A stretch of 64,000 bases of DNA from a virus. Position 1 is the first letter of the stretch, and the number at the start of each line of letters is the position of its first letter. Below are positions 16,093-25,831 of this stretch, one piece after another. The stretch spans positions 32,001 to 96,000 of the IMG/VR virus record IMGVR_UViG_3300031754_000001; one strand, written 5' to 3'. Below the pieces are notes generated by a model. The model was not told where the DNA came from. It searched no databases and was given only the letters and a program-made list of their open reading frames with translations. A program made the position numbers and the translations under genes.

Positions 16093-16866
16093 GTGACGAC
16101 GCTGACGGTTACCGCCACCCAGGGCACAAGCAGCGCAACCGGAATGCTCATGCGCATCCGGGTACTCACCGGGGCTGCCGCCGCCGCCGCCCAGACCGGA
16201 GGCTCAGTTGCGGCCGGCGGCGGGGCCACGTCATCCGTTAACATCACGACGACCGTTGCCGGATCTCTCGTTTACGGCGCTCTCGGAAACCAGGGTTCCT
16301 GTGCCACCGGGGAACCGTCCACCACCATCGTTGATAATTTCGATGACACGGTAGCCGGGCAGTGGTACGGCTCGTACCGCACCACCGCCGTCACCGGGAC
16401 GCCCGGGGTGACGCTTGTCGGGTCGACCGTCAGCAACGGCTTCGGGTCGATCGCGGCGCAGGAAATCCTGGCCAGCGGGACCATCGCCGAAGACGCCTCC
16501 GCGCCTGCTGTCGTCAGCAGTAACTCCCTGACCGCGCTGACCTCGGCTAGTTTCACCCCGCCGCCTGGCAGCCTGATCGCCGTCATGATCCAGTGCGACG
16601 GGACGGCCAGCGGATTCGAGACCTGCACGGTCACCGATACGGGCGGCGGCCTAACCTGGGCGCAGAAGGCCAACACCAGCGCGATCAGCGGCTGCCTGTA
16701 TGCCGGCGTGTGGATCGCGGACGTGCCGGCTAGCGCAGCAGCTTCCGCGCAGTCCGCGCTCGTTCAGCGCGGGCGCCTGCGCCGGAACCGCGGGCGCGGG
16801 CGCCGCCAGCAGCTGCAGGTCAATCCCGGTCGGCCGGGCTTCGAGGGCTGGGGGCACCCGCTGTGA
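16093..16866 (+). CDS. Probable minor tail protein
   Basis: TSASFTPP.GSL and VTDTGGGLTW motifs; RBS AGGAGG. Confidence 0.7.
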   Translation: MTTLTVTATQGTSSATGMLMRIRVLTGAAAAAAQTGGSVAAGGGATSSVNITTTVAGSLVYGALGNQGSCATGEPSTTIVDNFDDTVAGQWYGSYRTTAVTGTPGVTLVGSTVSNGFGSIAAQEILASGTIAEDASAPAVVSSNSLTALTSASFTPPPGSLIAVMIQCDGTASGFETCTVTDTGGGLTWAQKANTSAISGCLYAGVWIADVPASAAASAQSALVQRGRLRRNRGRGRRQQLQVNPGRPGFEGWGHPL

Positions 16867-18743
16867 GCCTGCTCCTGCTGTTCGGCGGATCCGTCACCTT
16901 CCCCGGAACCGTCACCCTGGGCGGGGCCGGGTCCCTGGGCACCGCCGCTACCCAGCTGCCCGCAGCCGTTACCCTGTCCGGCACCGGCTCGCTGGCCGCG
17001 CTCGCCACCCAGCTCCCGGCCGTCATTACGCTGGGCGCGGCCGGCTCGGTCGGCAACCTGGACATCACCAGAGCCCCGGTCACCCTGGGAGCTGCCGGAT
17101 CCCTGAGCACCGCTGCCGTGCAAGGCGCCGGCGCCACCCTCGGGGCCGCGGGATCGCTGACCGCCCCGTCCGTCCTGATTCCCGCCGCCGTCACCCTGGC
17201 CGGCACCGGATCCCTGGCCGCGCTCGCTACCCAGCTCCCGGCTGCCGTCACCCTCGGAGCGACCGGTTCTATCGGGAACCTGGATATCACCGGAGCCCCG
17301 GCTATCCTTGGCGGTGCAGGTGCGGTCACGACAGCCGCCGTGCAGGGTACAGGTGCGGTATTCAGCGGGGCCGGCCAGCTGACCGCACCTTCCGCGCAAC
17401 TGGCCGGGGCGGTGCTTGGCGCTGCGGGCTCGCTGGCCGCGCTCGCCACCCAGCTCCCGGCCGCCGTCACCCTCGGCGCCGCGGGCTCGGTCGGCAACCT
17501 GGATATCACCGGGACACCGGTCACCCTCGGCGGTGCCGGCTCGATCACGACGGCTGCCGTGCAGGGCGCCGGGGCGACGCTGGGCGGTGCAGGATCGCTG
17601 GGCACGGCCGCCATCCAGCTGGCCGGGGCGGCACTCGGTGCGACGGGCTCGCTGGCAACAGCCGTTATCCAGCTGGCCGGGGCGGCACTCGGCGGCGCGG
17701 GCTCGCTGGCGGCCATGCCGGGAGGAACCGGGGCCGGGGTCGTGACACTCAGCGGCCAGGGCTCCCTGAGCGCTCCTGCCGTCCAGGGGGTCATCGTCAC
17801 CCTAGGCGCGGCCGGGAACCTGTCCGCAGCCGCTGTGACCGCTGCCGGGGCCACCCTGGGCGGAGCAGCCTCCATCGGTACCCCAGGTGCTGTCCAGCGC
17901 GCTCCCGCGACGCTGGGAGCGGCAGGCTCGGTCGGGAACCTGGATATCACCGGGGCTGGCGCCGCGTTCGGGGCAGCCGGAACGCTGACGACTGCGGCTG
18001 TCCAGATGGTGCCTGCCGTGCTCGGGGGCGCCGGATCGCTGAGCACGGCAGCCATCCTGAGCGCGAGCACGGTCCTGGGTGCTGCCGGGGCGGTAACGGC
18101 CTCCGCCATGATCGTGCTCCCGGGTACGGCTGCCCTGAACGCGGCCGGATCGGTGACCGCCGGGACAGGCGGCAGCGGCAGCGGAACGCTCGGGGCGGCC
18201 GGAACGCTGACGACAGCGGGAACCCTCGCTCCCCCGGTTACCCTGGCCGGGACCGGCGCCCTGAGCGTCCTCGCCGTCCAGGGCGCCGCCGCTGCGCTGG
18301 GCGCCGCCGGGTCACTGATCGCGGTCACGGCCCTGGGCGCGGTCACGACGCTGGGTGCCGCGGGCTCGCTAGGCACCCTGCCGCCGTCTCAGGGCGGCAG
18401 CCTGAATGGCCAGGGCACGCTGAACGCCTCGCTCAGCACGATTCTCGTCCCGGTTACCCTGTCTGGCACCGGGTCGCTTGCCACGCTCGCGGCACTGCGG
18501 GCCACCGCCATCCTGACCGGAACCGGGATCCTGACGGCCGGGGCTGCCCAGCTGGCCGGGACGACCCTGGCCGCGGCCGGATTGCTGACCGCGCTCGGCA
18601 CTACGCACCCGCCCCAGATCAAGGGCTTCAGCACCGCGTACGGCGTGACCCGGCCCGTGCAGTCAGCGGCAGCCGTGACCGAAGCCGCGGGCATGTCCGC
18701 CAGCGTGACCGAGACCGCCGGATCGTCTTCCGGCGTATCCTGA
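16863..18743 (+). CDS. Ala/Gly/Thr/Leu repeat fibre-like protein
   Basis: About 20-aa repeats of the type VTLGAAGSL; MSLLLLF start. Confidence 0.75.
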   Translation: MSLLLLFGGSVTFPGTVTLGGAGSLGTAATQLPAAVTLSGTGSLAALATQLPAVITLGAAGSVGNLDITRAPVTLGAAGSLSTAAVQGAGATLGAAGSLTAPSVLIPAAVTLAGTGSLAALATQLPAAVTLGATGSIGNLDITGAPAILGGAGAVTTAAVQGTGAVFSGAGQLTAPSAQLAGAVLGAAGSLAALATQLPAAVTLGAAGSVGNLDITGTPVTLGGAGSITTAAVQGAGATLGGAGSLGTAAIQLAGAALGATGSLATAVIQLAGAALGGAGSLAAMPGGTGAGVVTLSGQGSLSAPAVQGVIVTLGAAGNLSAAAVTAAGATLGGAASIGTPGAVQRAPATLGAAGSVGNLDITGAGAAFGAAGTLTTAAVQMVPAVLGGAGSLSTAAILSASTVLGAAGAVTASAMIVLPGTAALNAAGSVTAGTGGSGSGTLGAAGTLTTAGTLAPPVTLAGTGALSVLAVQGAAAALGAAGSLIAVTALGAVTTLGAAGSLGTLPPSQGGSLNGQGTLNASLSTILVPVTLSGTGSLATLAALRATAILTGTGILTAGAAQLAGTTLAAAGLLTALGTTHPPQIKGFSTAYGVTRPVQSAAAVTEAAGMSASVTETAGSSSGVS

Positions 18744-18799
18744 TGACAGGCCAGCCGCGGTCAGACGGTCCGTGCGGGGTTCCGGCGTGAGGAGCCCGG

Positions 18800-19747
18800 G
18801 TGACGGCGACCGTCTTCTACGACAACGTGAACGAAGTGGCCCTGATCGCCAACACGTTCACCAACGCCGCAGGAGTCCCGGCTGACCCGACCACGGTATC
18901 CTGCGTCATCACCGACCCGGCGGCCACCGTGGTCACGCACTCCTACGCCGGGACGCTGCCCGCCGATATCGTGAAGGTGAGCACCGGCAAGTACACGCTG
19001 GCCGTGCCGTGCTCGCCGGCCATCGCCGGGGTTGACGGGCTGTGGGGTGCCGGGTGGATCGGCACCGGGGCGGTTTCCGATGTCCAGCCGGTCACCTGGC
19101 GGGTCCTGCCGTTCAGCACGTCCCAGCTGTGGTACATCGGCCTGGAGGAATTCAAGGACCGTCTCGGCATCACCGACAATACCGACGATTACGCCTGCCA
19201 GACCGCGATCGCTGCGGCAAGCAACTGGGTCAATGAATATACGGGACGGCATTTCAACCGGGTCACCGAGACGCGCACTTTCGTCCCGTATGACATTTAC
19301 CGGCTGAACGTCGACGACATCGTGCCCGGCACGGCGATCACGCTCAACGTCGATTTCGACGGCGACGGGACTTACGAGCAGGCCTGGGTCAAGGATGTCG
19401 ATTACCAGCTGTTCCTGGGCAGGAACACGTTCAATACCGGCTCGTCCGGGGTGCAGCGGCCGTATGAGAAAGTCCGGGTGATCACCTCCGGGCGTACCTT
19501 CCCGTTCTTGTGGCCGTTCGCCCCGCTTAACCGGGTGCAGATCGCGACGACGTGGGGCTGGCCCGCGATCCCGCCGGCTGTCCCCGAGGCTACCCGGATC
19601 CTGGCCGCGGACGAGTTCAAGATGAAAGACGCGCCTTTCGGCGTCGCAGGTGTCTCCGACTACGGCATCGTGAGAATCCAGAGCAACCCGTGGCTGGTGG
19701 AGAACCTGCGCCCTTACGTGCGAGGTCGTCGTAAGGTCGGAGTATGA
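18800..19747 (+). CDS. Head-tail adaptor with N-terminal Ig/BppU-like domain
   Basis: ADPTTV...STGKY domain; Y..LEEFK..L, YTGRHF, TWGWPAIPPAVPEAT. Confidence 0.85.
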   Translation: MTATVFYDNVNEVALIANTFTNAAGVPADPTTVSCVITDPAATVVTHSYAGTLPADIVKVSTGKYTLAVPCSPAIAGVDGLWGAGWIGTGAVSDVQPVTWRVLPFSTSQLWYIGLEEFKDRLGITDNTDDYACQTAIAAASNWVNEYTGRHFNRVTETRTFVPYDIYRLNVDDIVPGTAITLNVDFDGDGTYEQAWVKDVDYQLFLGRNTFNTGSSGVQRPYEKVRVITSGRTFPFLWPFAPLNRVQIATTWGWPAIPPAVPEATRILAADEFKMKDAPFGVAGVSDYGIVRIQSNPWLVENLRPYVRGRRKVGV

Positions 19748-19975
19748 GGCATATCCGGAAGCATTCACGGACACGGCGCATACTGATCGATTCTCACGAC
19801 TTGCGTTTCGGCTTGTTCTATGTAAAGAAACATAGTGCATGGATCCATCTGCCCGGAGTGGTCATTCGCCTGAAAGGAGACGGCTGATGTTCATCCTGAC
19901 CACCGTGAATTGCAGCGCGCTGGTGCCCGTGATCATTCCGAGAGCAGGCGCGGGCAGCCGGGGCGGGCGCGGGCG

Positions 19976-20224
19976 GTGAAGATCATGATCCTGGCCGGAT
20001 GGCGGCGGCTGATCATCCAGGCGGGCGGCTGGTCCCTGATCGATCTCGATATCCTCAGCCCGCTGCGCAGCCCGGCAGCGGTCCGGTCTGTTCCCGACGT
20101 GCCCGGCACGGACCCGCGCAGTACCACGGGCGCCCAGGTTGAGCAGGCCGGCGAGCCCGCGCCCGGGTTCGGGTTCCGCGGCAGTATCGCCACCGTCGTG
20201 GCCCGTGACAACAGGAAAGACTGA
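19976..20224 (+). CDS. Hypothetical protein
   Basis: Fills the gap before the phosphoesterase; start uncertain. Confidence 0.3.
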   Translation: MKIMILAGWRRLIIQAGGWSLIDLDILSPLRSPAAVRSVPDVPGTDPRSTTGAQVEQAGEPAPGFGFRGSIATVVARDNRKD

Positions 20225-20225
20225 C

Positions 20226-20858
20226 ATGGCGGTCAAGATCGGCGTGGTAGGCGACCTGTCGTTCGGGGACCCGGGGCGGCTGGCCGCGGTGCTCGACGCC
20301 GCGCTGATCGCCTGCGATTACGTGGTTCAGGTAGGCGATCTGCATCCGGCCTATCCCCAGGTGACCTCCCGGTACGCGACTAGCGGGCATAAGCTGTTCC
20401 CGGTCCCGGGCAATCACGACGTGGATTACAACTCGATCGGCTGCCCGCGCACCTGGCGGCTGGACCTGCAGGCACCCTCAGTGACCCTGCTTGGCCTGGA
20501 TAACGCGGCCGGGTCGCTGAGCCCGGATTCCAAGGTCCTGTTCAACGCGGCCAAGACCGCCCGGTTCGAGTTCGTTTTCGCGCACATGCCGCCGTGTGAG
20601 CTGGTTCTCCCGGATGGAAGCACTAACGGGCATAACATGGCCGAAGCCGGCGGCGGTGCCGACGCGGACTGGCTGACGAACATGCTGAAGACCCGGGCTG
20701 ACGCCATGTTCTGCGGGCATTACCACGGCTGGACCTATCAGCAGGCCCCGTTCGGGCCGATTATCGTGGACGGCCGGGGTGGCGCGGCGCCTGAGCTGGC
20801 CTATACCCTGCTCACCGTTACAGACGAAGGCTGGGTACTTCACTCAGTTGGGGTGTGA
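20226..20858 (+). CDS. Calcineurin-like metallophosphoesterase
   Basis: GD, GDL, GNHD, H, GHYH motifs. Confidence 0.88.
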   Translation: MAVKIGVVGDLSFGDPGRLAAVLDAALIACDYVVQVGDLHPAYPQVTSRYATSGHKLFPVPGNHDVDYNSIGCPRTWRLDLQAPSVTLLGLDNAAGSLSPDSKVLFNAAKTARFEFVFAHMPPCELVLPDGSTNGHNMAEAGGGADADWLTNMLKTRADAMFCGHYHGWTYQQAPFGPIIVDGRGGAAPELAYTLLTVTDEGWVLHSVGV

Positions 20859-20859
20859 C

Positions 20860-21606
20860 ATGGCCGCCCAGCCGCGCAAGGCTAAGCGCTCCCCAGCTCA
20901 GGTCAAGGCGAGCCAGGCGTTCGCGCGGGCCGGGCGCGCGGCCCAGGCTAAGGTCCGGCAGGCGGCAATCGCCAAGACCGGCAAGCCGCCGCCCCGCAGC
21001 AGGAAGCAGCAGGCAGCGTCCCGGAACTTCGCCGCGGCCGGGCGCGCGGCCCAGGCAGCCCGGCGGGCAGGCAAGCAGCCAGTCAAGCCGAAAGCCGTGG
21101 CAGCCCCGTGCCCGGATATGCTCGGTTCAGCCGGGAGCCTCAATAAGCCGGCCCCCCAGTTGCGCCCAACCGGGCTCCCGGCACCGCTGAACTCCCAATT
21201 CCAGTTGGAGCCAGGGCCGTTCATTCCAAGTGAACCGGCCTTCTCGTTGCACCGCCTGCCCGCCTGCGGCCCGGTCGCGCTGGCTGAGCACCTGGCCGTC
21301 TTCACCGGGATCCTCGTCCCGGACGAGGCCATCCTGGCGCTGCATGACCGGGCTGGGGTGATCAGCCTGGACGGCCTGCTCGAACGCGTCGCGGCGGAAG
21401 GACTGGCCGGGCCGGAGACGAGACTGGCCCACTTCGAACGGTGCGATCCGGATACGGCCGTGCCCGGCCTGATCTACGGGATCCAGCTGCGCGTCGGCTA
21501 CCATGCGGTACTGCTGCGGCCGGACGGCATGCTGAGCTGGGGTCAGGTAATGCCCCGGCACGGCGTCCCGGCAGAGGCCTGGTGGCTGGAGTGGGAGGCG
21601 GAGTGA
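20860..21606 (+). CDS. Protein with basic repeated N-terminus and possible peptidase-like C-terminus
   Basis: Two FA.AGRAAQA repeats; ACGPVAL...YHAV Cys/His pair. Confidence 0.6.
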   Translation: MAAQPRKAKRSPAQVKASQAFARAGRAAQAKVRQAAIAKTGKPPPRSRKQQAASRNFAAAGRAAQAARRAGKQPVKPKAVAAPCPDMLGSAGSLNKPAPQLRPTGLPAPLNSQFQLEPGPFIPSEPAFSLHRLPACGPVALAEHLAVFTGILVPDEAILALHDRAGVISLDGLLERVAAEGLAGPETRLAHFERCDPDTAVPGLIYGIQLRVGYHAVLLRPDGMLSWGQVMPRHGVPAEAWWLEWEAE

Positions 21607-21724
21607 GCCCGGCCCGGCGTCGCAAGCGGAAACGACTGCCGTGGATGGTCCGGGCGATGGCAGCTATCCTCACGACCCGGAAGAGGAAGCGGAAACGGGA
21701 ACCGGGCGACGTCGCGGAGGCTGA

Positions 21725-22009
21725 ATGAACGAGCAGCCGGAGAGCGGGGAGAACCCGGAACTGCCGGGCCTGGAAGAACTCCTGCGCGCATCCCAGGGCA
21801 TCACCCCGGACATGACCGGCGCGATCAGCGCGATGGCCTCGGTTCACGCCCAGTGGCGCCAGGCGTGGGCGGACACCGGCAAGTTCACTGACGAGGAAAC
21901 GTTCGAGCTGGTCCGCCTCTTGGTAGCCTCGTCTGCCGGGGGAATCCGCTCGCTCGGGTTATCCTGGCTGCCGGAGGGACGTACTAGTCACCGCCGCCCG
22001 GGAAGCTAG
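21725..22009 (+). CDS. Hypothetical protein; likely true end near TTA 21959 or TAG 21987
   Basis: RBS GGAGG; FTDEETFELV motif. Confidence 0.65.
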   Translation: MNEQPESGENPELPGLEELLRASQGITPDMTGAISAMASVHAQWRQAWADTGKFTDEETFELVRLLVASSAGGIRSLGLSWLPEGRTSHRRPGS

Positions 22010-22146
22010 CCGGAAAATCGCGACCCCGGGCAGGAGCGTGAGTAGCCGGCTCGGCGCGCTCTCCCTCCGGATATCTGGCACACTGGTAAACGCAGCGGGC
22101 CGGAGGAACCGGACCCAGGGCAGGCATCACCGGAGCCCCTGCCCTC

Positions 22147-22884
22147 GTGCCTGACCTCACCCCGGACACCGCGGCCGAGCAGCACCGCCTGCTTGCCCAG
22201 GCTGACGCGATGGACGGCCTGCCGCAGGCTCCCGCGGGTACCCGCCAGGACCGCGGCGACCGGGCCGGCGAGGCTCGCGCCCTGCTTCAGGATCTCGCCG
22301 TGAAACGAGACGAGATCCGGCGGCTGCGCCGGGAAGCCTTCCGCTCCCATTCGCTGGGCCGCTGGGTCACCCTGGTAATGCGCGATCAGGCCGGCGGGGT
22401 CTTCTCCGGCCACCAGCTGTGGGCGCGGAACCCGCATGTCCGGTCCGGCAGCCAGCTCACGTTCGGTGAGCGGTCCGCCGACATCATGCGGAATGCGTTC
22501 GGGTCCTGGGCGTTCGTCGGCGGGTTCCTGGCGTTCATGGCCTCCTGGATGATCCTGAACTCCGTCCTGCTGGCTCACGGCGGGTTCGACAAGTACCCCT
22601 GGATCCTGCTGAACCTGGGCCTGTCGATGATGGCCGGGCTGCAGGGCGCGCTGATCCTGATCGCCGCCAAGCGGGCCGACCGGGTGCAGGCAGAGCAGGC
22701 CCTGGCGCACTACGCCGAAACCTCCAAGCTGGATGCGCTGCAGACCCAGAACAACGAGATGACCGCACGGATCGAGACGGCTACTAGCCTGCTCGCCGAA
22801 ATCCACCGGCATGTCAGCGCGCTGTCCCCGGAAGCCGGCACGTTCAGCCCGGATGAGGTCCCGCCGGAGAACGGCTATGGCTGA
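22147..22884 (+). CDS. DUF1003-type membrane protein
   Basis: TFGER.AD....FGSW.F, FDKYPWILLNL.LS..AGLQ. Confidence 0.85.
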   Translation: MPDLTPDTAAEQHRLLAQADAMDGLPQAPAGTRQDRGDRAGEARALLQDLAVKRDEIRRLRREAFRSHSLGRWVTLVMRDQAGGVFSGHQLWARNPHVRSGSQLTFGERSADIMRNAFGSWAFVGGFLAFMASWMILNSVLLAHGGFDKYPWILLNLGLSMMAGLQGALILIAAKRADRVQAEQALAHYAETSKLDALQTQNNEMTARIETATSLLAEIHRHVSALSPEAGTFSPDEVPPENGYG

Positions 22885-23164
22885 TGAAAGCCCCCCGGTC
22901 ATGCTGGACTGGTCGCTGTGGTGCGGTCGGCATCTGGAGCCGTACCGGGCACGGTGGCCGGAAGGCGCGATGGTCGCGATGATGCGGCTGTTCGACGCGG
23001 CCGTGAAGATGCCCGCCGTGGCCGAGGCAGCCGGGCATAAGACGGAGAACCTGACCGGGGCGCTGCAGCGATTCGCGCCGCTGTGCTGCTTCATCAGCCG
23101 GGACGAGCTGGAAGCGATCTACGCCGAGACAGTGCTGCTGCCCCCGGGAGCCGGCCATGGCTAA
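22877..23164 (+). CDS. Hypothetical protein
   Basis: Translationally coupled on both sides; PLCC motif. Confidence 0.6.
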   Translation: MADESPPVMLDWSLWCGRHLEPYRARWPEGAMVAMMRLFDAAVKMPAVAEAAGHKTENLTGALQRFAPLCCFISRDELEAIYAETVLLPPGAGHG

Positions 23165-23582
23165 CCTGATCGCCATCCGGAACGCGATCGCCGCGAATAT
23201 CACGAAGTACACCGGGCTGCGCGCGGACGGCCAGGCCCGTGATTCCGTTACGCCGCCCTGCGCAGTAGTGCTGCCCGGCAGCCCGTACATCACCTATGCC
23301 GTCACCATGGACGGCGCGCTGAATTTCAATTTCATCGTCCTGCTGATCATCTCCGATGCCGCCCCGGTGGAGAAAACCCAGCGAGCCCTGGACGCGCTGC
23401 TCGGCGCGGGCAAGAGCACAGACGTGACCGGATCGGTCCCGATGGCGATCGAGCAGGATAACACCCTCGGCGGGACGGTGGATTTCATCCAGTCGGTCAC
23501 GGCTACGAATTACGGCCGCATCGATTACGCCGGCCAGACGTATTTCGGGGCCAGGGTTAACTGCGTCGTAGGAGGAATGTGA
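23157..23582 (+). CDS. Tail terminator protein
   Basis: PP.AVV, AIE.D.TLGG.V, Y.GA motifs. Confidence 0.8.
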   Translation: MANLIAIRNAIAANITKYTGLRADGQARDSVTPPCAVVLPGSPYITYAVTMDGALNFNFIVLLIISDAAPVEKTQRALDALLGAGKSTDVTGSVPMAIEQDNTLGGTVDFIQSVTATNYGRIDYAGQTYFGARVNCVVGGM

Positions 23583-25585
23583 TGGTCACCACCGCCTGGC
23601 ACGTCGAGCGCGTGCGGATCGAGGAGTACCCGGTCCCGGGCAAGCCGCTCGGCCGCCATGTCTACCACGATTCCCGGAACAGGGCCTACCCGTGGCCCCG
23701 GCAGGCCGGCCGGGAACTGACCTCCCAGCTGTGGACCCGGCACACGCCGATCCTCGATCAGGGATCTATCGGGTCATGCTATCCTCCGGGTGTGAGGATA
23801 CGAATGGCTGATGGCAGTGAACGGCCCATTGAAGACGTGCGGCTCGGTGAGCACGTAGCTACGGCCGAAGGGAATACTGGCCGCGTCATGCAGACAATGA
23901 TCCGAGACGAGGATGGCGGTCTTATCCGCCTGATCTTGTGGGGGCACAGTCACCTGCGCATGACCCGCGAGCACCCGGTCCTGACCAAGCGCGGTTACAT
24001 CCCGGTCAGCAAACTTCGCGTCGGTGATCAGGTAGCCCTCACTCGGTACTTGCCAGAGCAGTACACAACTCATGTCGTCACAGCCGGGCACATTGCTCAG
24101 CCAAGTCACCGGGTTGTCCGGGGTACCCGCTGGCAGGGGCTTCCCGGACGCCGCGGGCTAACTGCAGGCAGTCACATCATCCCGGAAAAGATCGAGCTAA
24201 CTCCGGCATTCGGGCGGCTTATCGGGCTATTTCTGGCAGAGGGCAACATCGATGAAGCCAAGGTGGTCTTCTCCCTGCACCTGAATGAGAAACCCACGCT
24301 AGGTGACGAGATTGCCTCAATCATGTCGGCCTACGGTGTCCAGGCTTCCCGGCGGGACCTGCCAGAGCACCACGGTCACAAGGTCAGCGTGCACGGCACC
24401 GGATGGGCACGGCTCCTGTCATCGCTATGCGGGAACGGTGCGGGACTCAAACGCCTGCACCCTGACCTGACTTCTGGCCCGCCGGAATTTCTGGAGGCAG
24501 TCTTGTCCGGTTGGCGAGATGGGGATGGCCACCGTAAGAAGGATGCCGCTGAGCATACCGGGATCACGATCAGCCACGATCTTGCCCTGGCCATGTACGA
24601 CATTGCCCAGGCTCTCGGCTACCGGCCAGTCATCCGCCATACCCCGCCAGTCGTTAACGGGTTTGCTCGGACCCGGCAGTGGCGCTGGGAAGTAGCTACA
24701 TCGGGCTTGAACGCCCGGAATTACAGCACCCAGGATGATCAGCATGTCTGGCGGAAGGTTCGCGAGATCCGGCTGGAGGATTACATCGGACCGGTTTATG
24801 ACCTGACCGTGGAAGGCGATCACTCCTATGTTGCCGAAGGTGTCGGCGTACACAACTGCACCGGTAACGAGGAAGCAGGCGCGCTCGGCACCGACCCGCT
24901 GTTCGCCGCCCTGCGCAGCGGCTACCCGGTGCTGGACGAAGCGCTGGCGGTCAGGATCTACTCGATGGCCGAGACCATCGACGGGGATGGCCCGTACCCG
25001 CCGAACGACAACGGATCGTCCGGGCCGTCCGCTGCCCAGGCCGCGAAGAACCTCGGCCTGATCGCCGGGTACCTGCACTGCTTCAGCCTGGCTGACGTGC
25101 TCGACGCGCTGGAGGCCGGCCCGGTCGGCATCGGCGCCAACTGGTATGACTCGATGGATTCACCGGACAGCTCGGGCCTGGTGGTCATCAGCGCGGGCGC
25201 TCAGGTCCGCGGCGGCCACGAGTTCCTGTGCCGGGGCAAGGACACCGACGCCCGGCTCCTGCACTTCGACAACAGCTGGGGCACGTCATTCGGCGTCAAC
25301 GGCAGCTTCTCCATGGGCTACGCCACCCTGGAGCGGCTGCTGGCCGAGCAAGGCGACGCCACCGTCTCGCTGCCGCTGACTGCACCCGCTCCGGTACCCG
25401 TCCCTGTTCCCGTGCCAGTACCGCCGGCTCCTGTCCCCACGCCGCCGAACCCCGGCCCGGACACAGATCCCGCCGACGATGCCCTGGCCAGGACCGTCTC
25501 CAACTGGGCGCAGGGGCATCACACGGGATCGAACGAGCGCGCCGCCAGGGCCATCCAGGCGTGGCTCACGGCGAAGGGGCTTTAG
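23579..25585 (+). CDS. Papain-like (C1) cysteine peptidase interrupted by an intein
   Basis: LDQGSIGS-[intein]-CTGN, GGHE, NSWG..FG..G; Pro-rich linker. Confidence 0.88.
   Translation: MMVTTAWHVERVRIEEYPVPGKPLGRHVYHDSRNRAYPWPRQAGRELTSQLWTRHTPILDQGSIGSCYPPGVRIRMADGSERPIEDVRLGEHVATAEGNTGRVMQTMIRDEDGGLIRLILWGHSHLRMTREHPVLTKRGYIPVSKLRVGDQVALTRYLPEQYTTHVVTAGHIAQPSHRVVRGTRWQGLPGRRGLTAGSHIIPEKIELTPAFGRLIGLFLAEGNIDEAKVVFSLHLNEKPTLGDEIASIMSAYGVQASRRDLPEHHGHKVSVHGTGWARLLSSLCGNGAGLKRLHPDLTSGPPEFLEAVLSGWRDGDGHRKKDAAEHTGITISHDLALAMYDIAQALGYRPVIRHTPPVVNGFARTRQWRWEVATSGLNARNYSTQDDQHVWRKVREIRLEDYIGPVYDLTVEGDHSYVAEGVGVHNCTGNEEAGALGTDPLFAALRSGYPVLDEALAVRIYSMAETIDGDGPYPPNDNGSSGPSAAQAAKNLGLIAGYLHCFSLADVLDALEAGPVGIGANWYDSMDSPDSSGLVVISAGAQVRGGHEFLCRGKDTDARLLHFDNSWGTSFGVNGSFSMGYATLERLLAEQGDATVSLPLTAPAPVPVPVPVPVPPAPVPTPPNPGPDTDPADDALARTVSNWAQGHHTGSNERAARAIQAWLTAKGL
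23777..24856 (+). mobile_element. 360-aa intein with LAGLIDADG homing endonuclease
   Basis: CYPPG start, MTREHPV block B, LIGLFLAEG and LSGWRDGDG, VYDLTV..HSYVAEG..VHN followed by Cys; lower GC. Confidence 0.93.
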
Positions 25586-25750
25586 GTGGAGCCCCCGCTG
25601 ATCCCGCCGGAGGAGTTCGTCGCCCAGGTTAACGCGCGCAACCCGGGCCTGCCGTACCGGACCGCGCTGGATCCGCTGATGATGCTGCTCTGGCACACCG
25701 TCTCGGCCCCGCCGGAGCGCGACCAGCTGACGATCATCACGGGCTATTGA
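25586..25750 (+). CDS. Small hypothetical protein
   Basis: GTG directly after upstream stop; GC3-rich codons. Confidence 0.4.
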   Translation: MEPPLIPPEEFVAQVNARNPGLPYRTALDPLMMLLWHTVSAPPERDQLTIITGY

Positions 25751-25831
25751 TGAGCGGCTGGCCCGGGTCCCGCTGCTGTGGACCGCGGCCGGGCTGATGC
25801 TTGGTAACGAGGCTGTTCAGGACAAGTACGA

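Noticed and set aside
16700-18790. Long Arg/Pro-rich alternative and antisense ORFs here and at 30883-33498, 45996-47663, 53444-55249
   Set aside because: Off-frame shadows of real genes at about 70% GC
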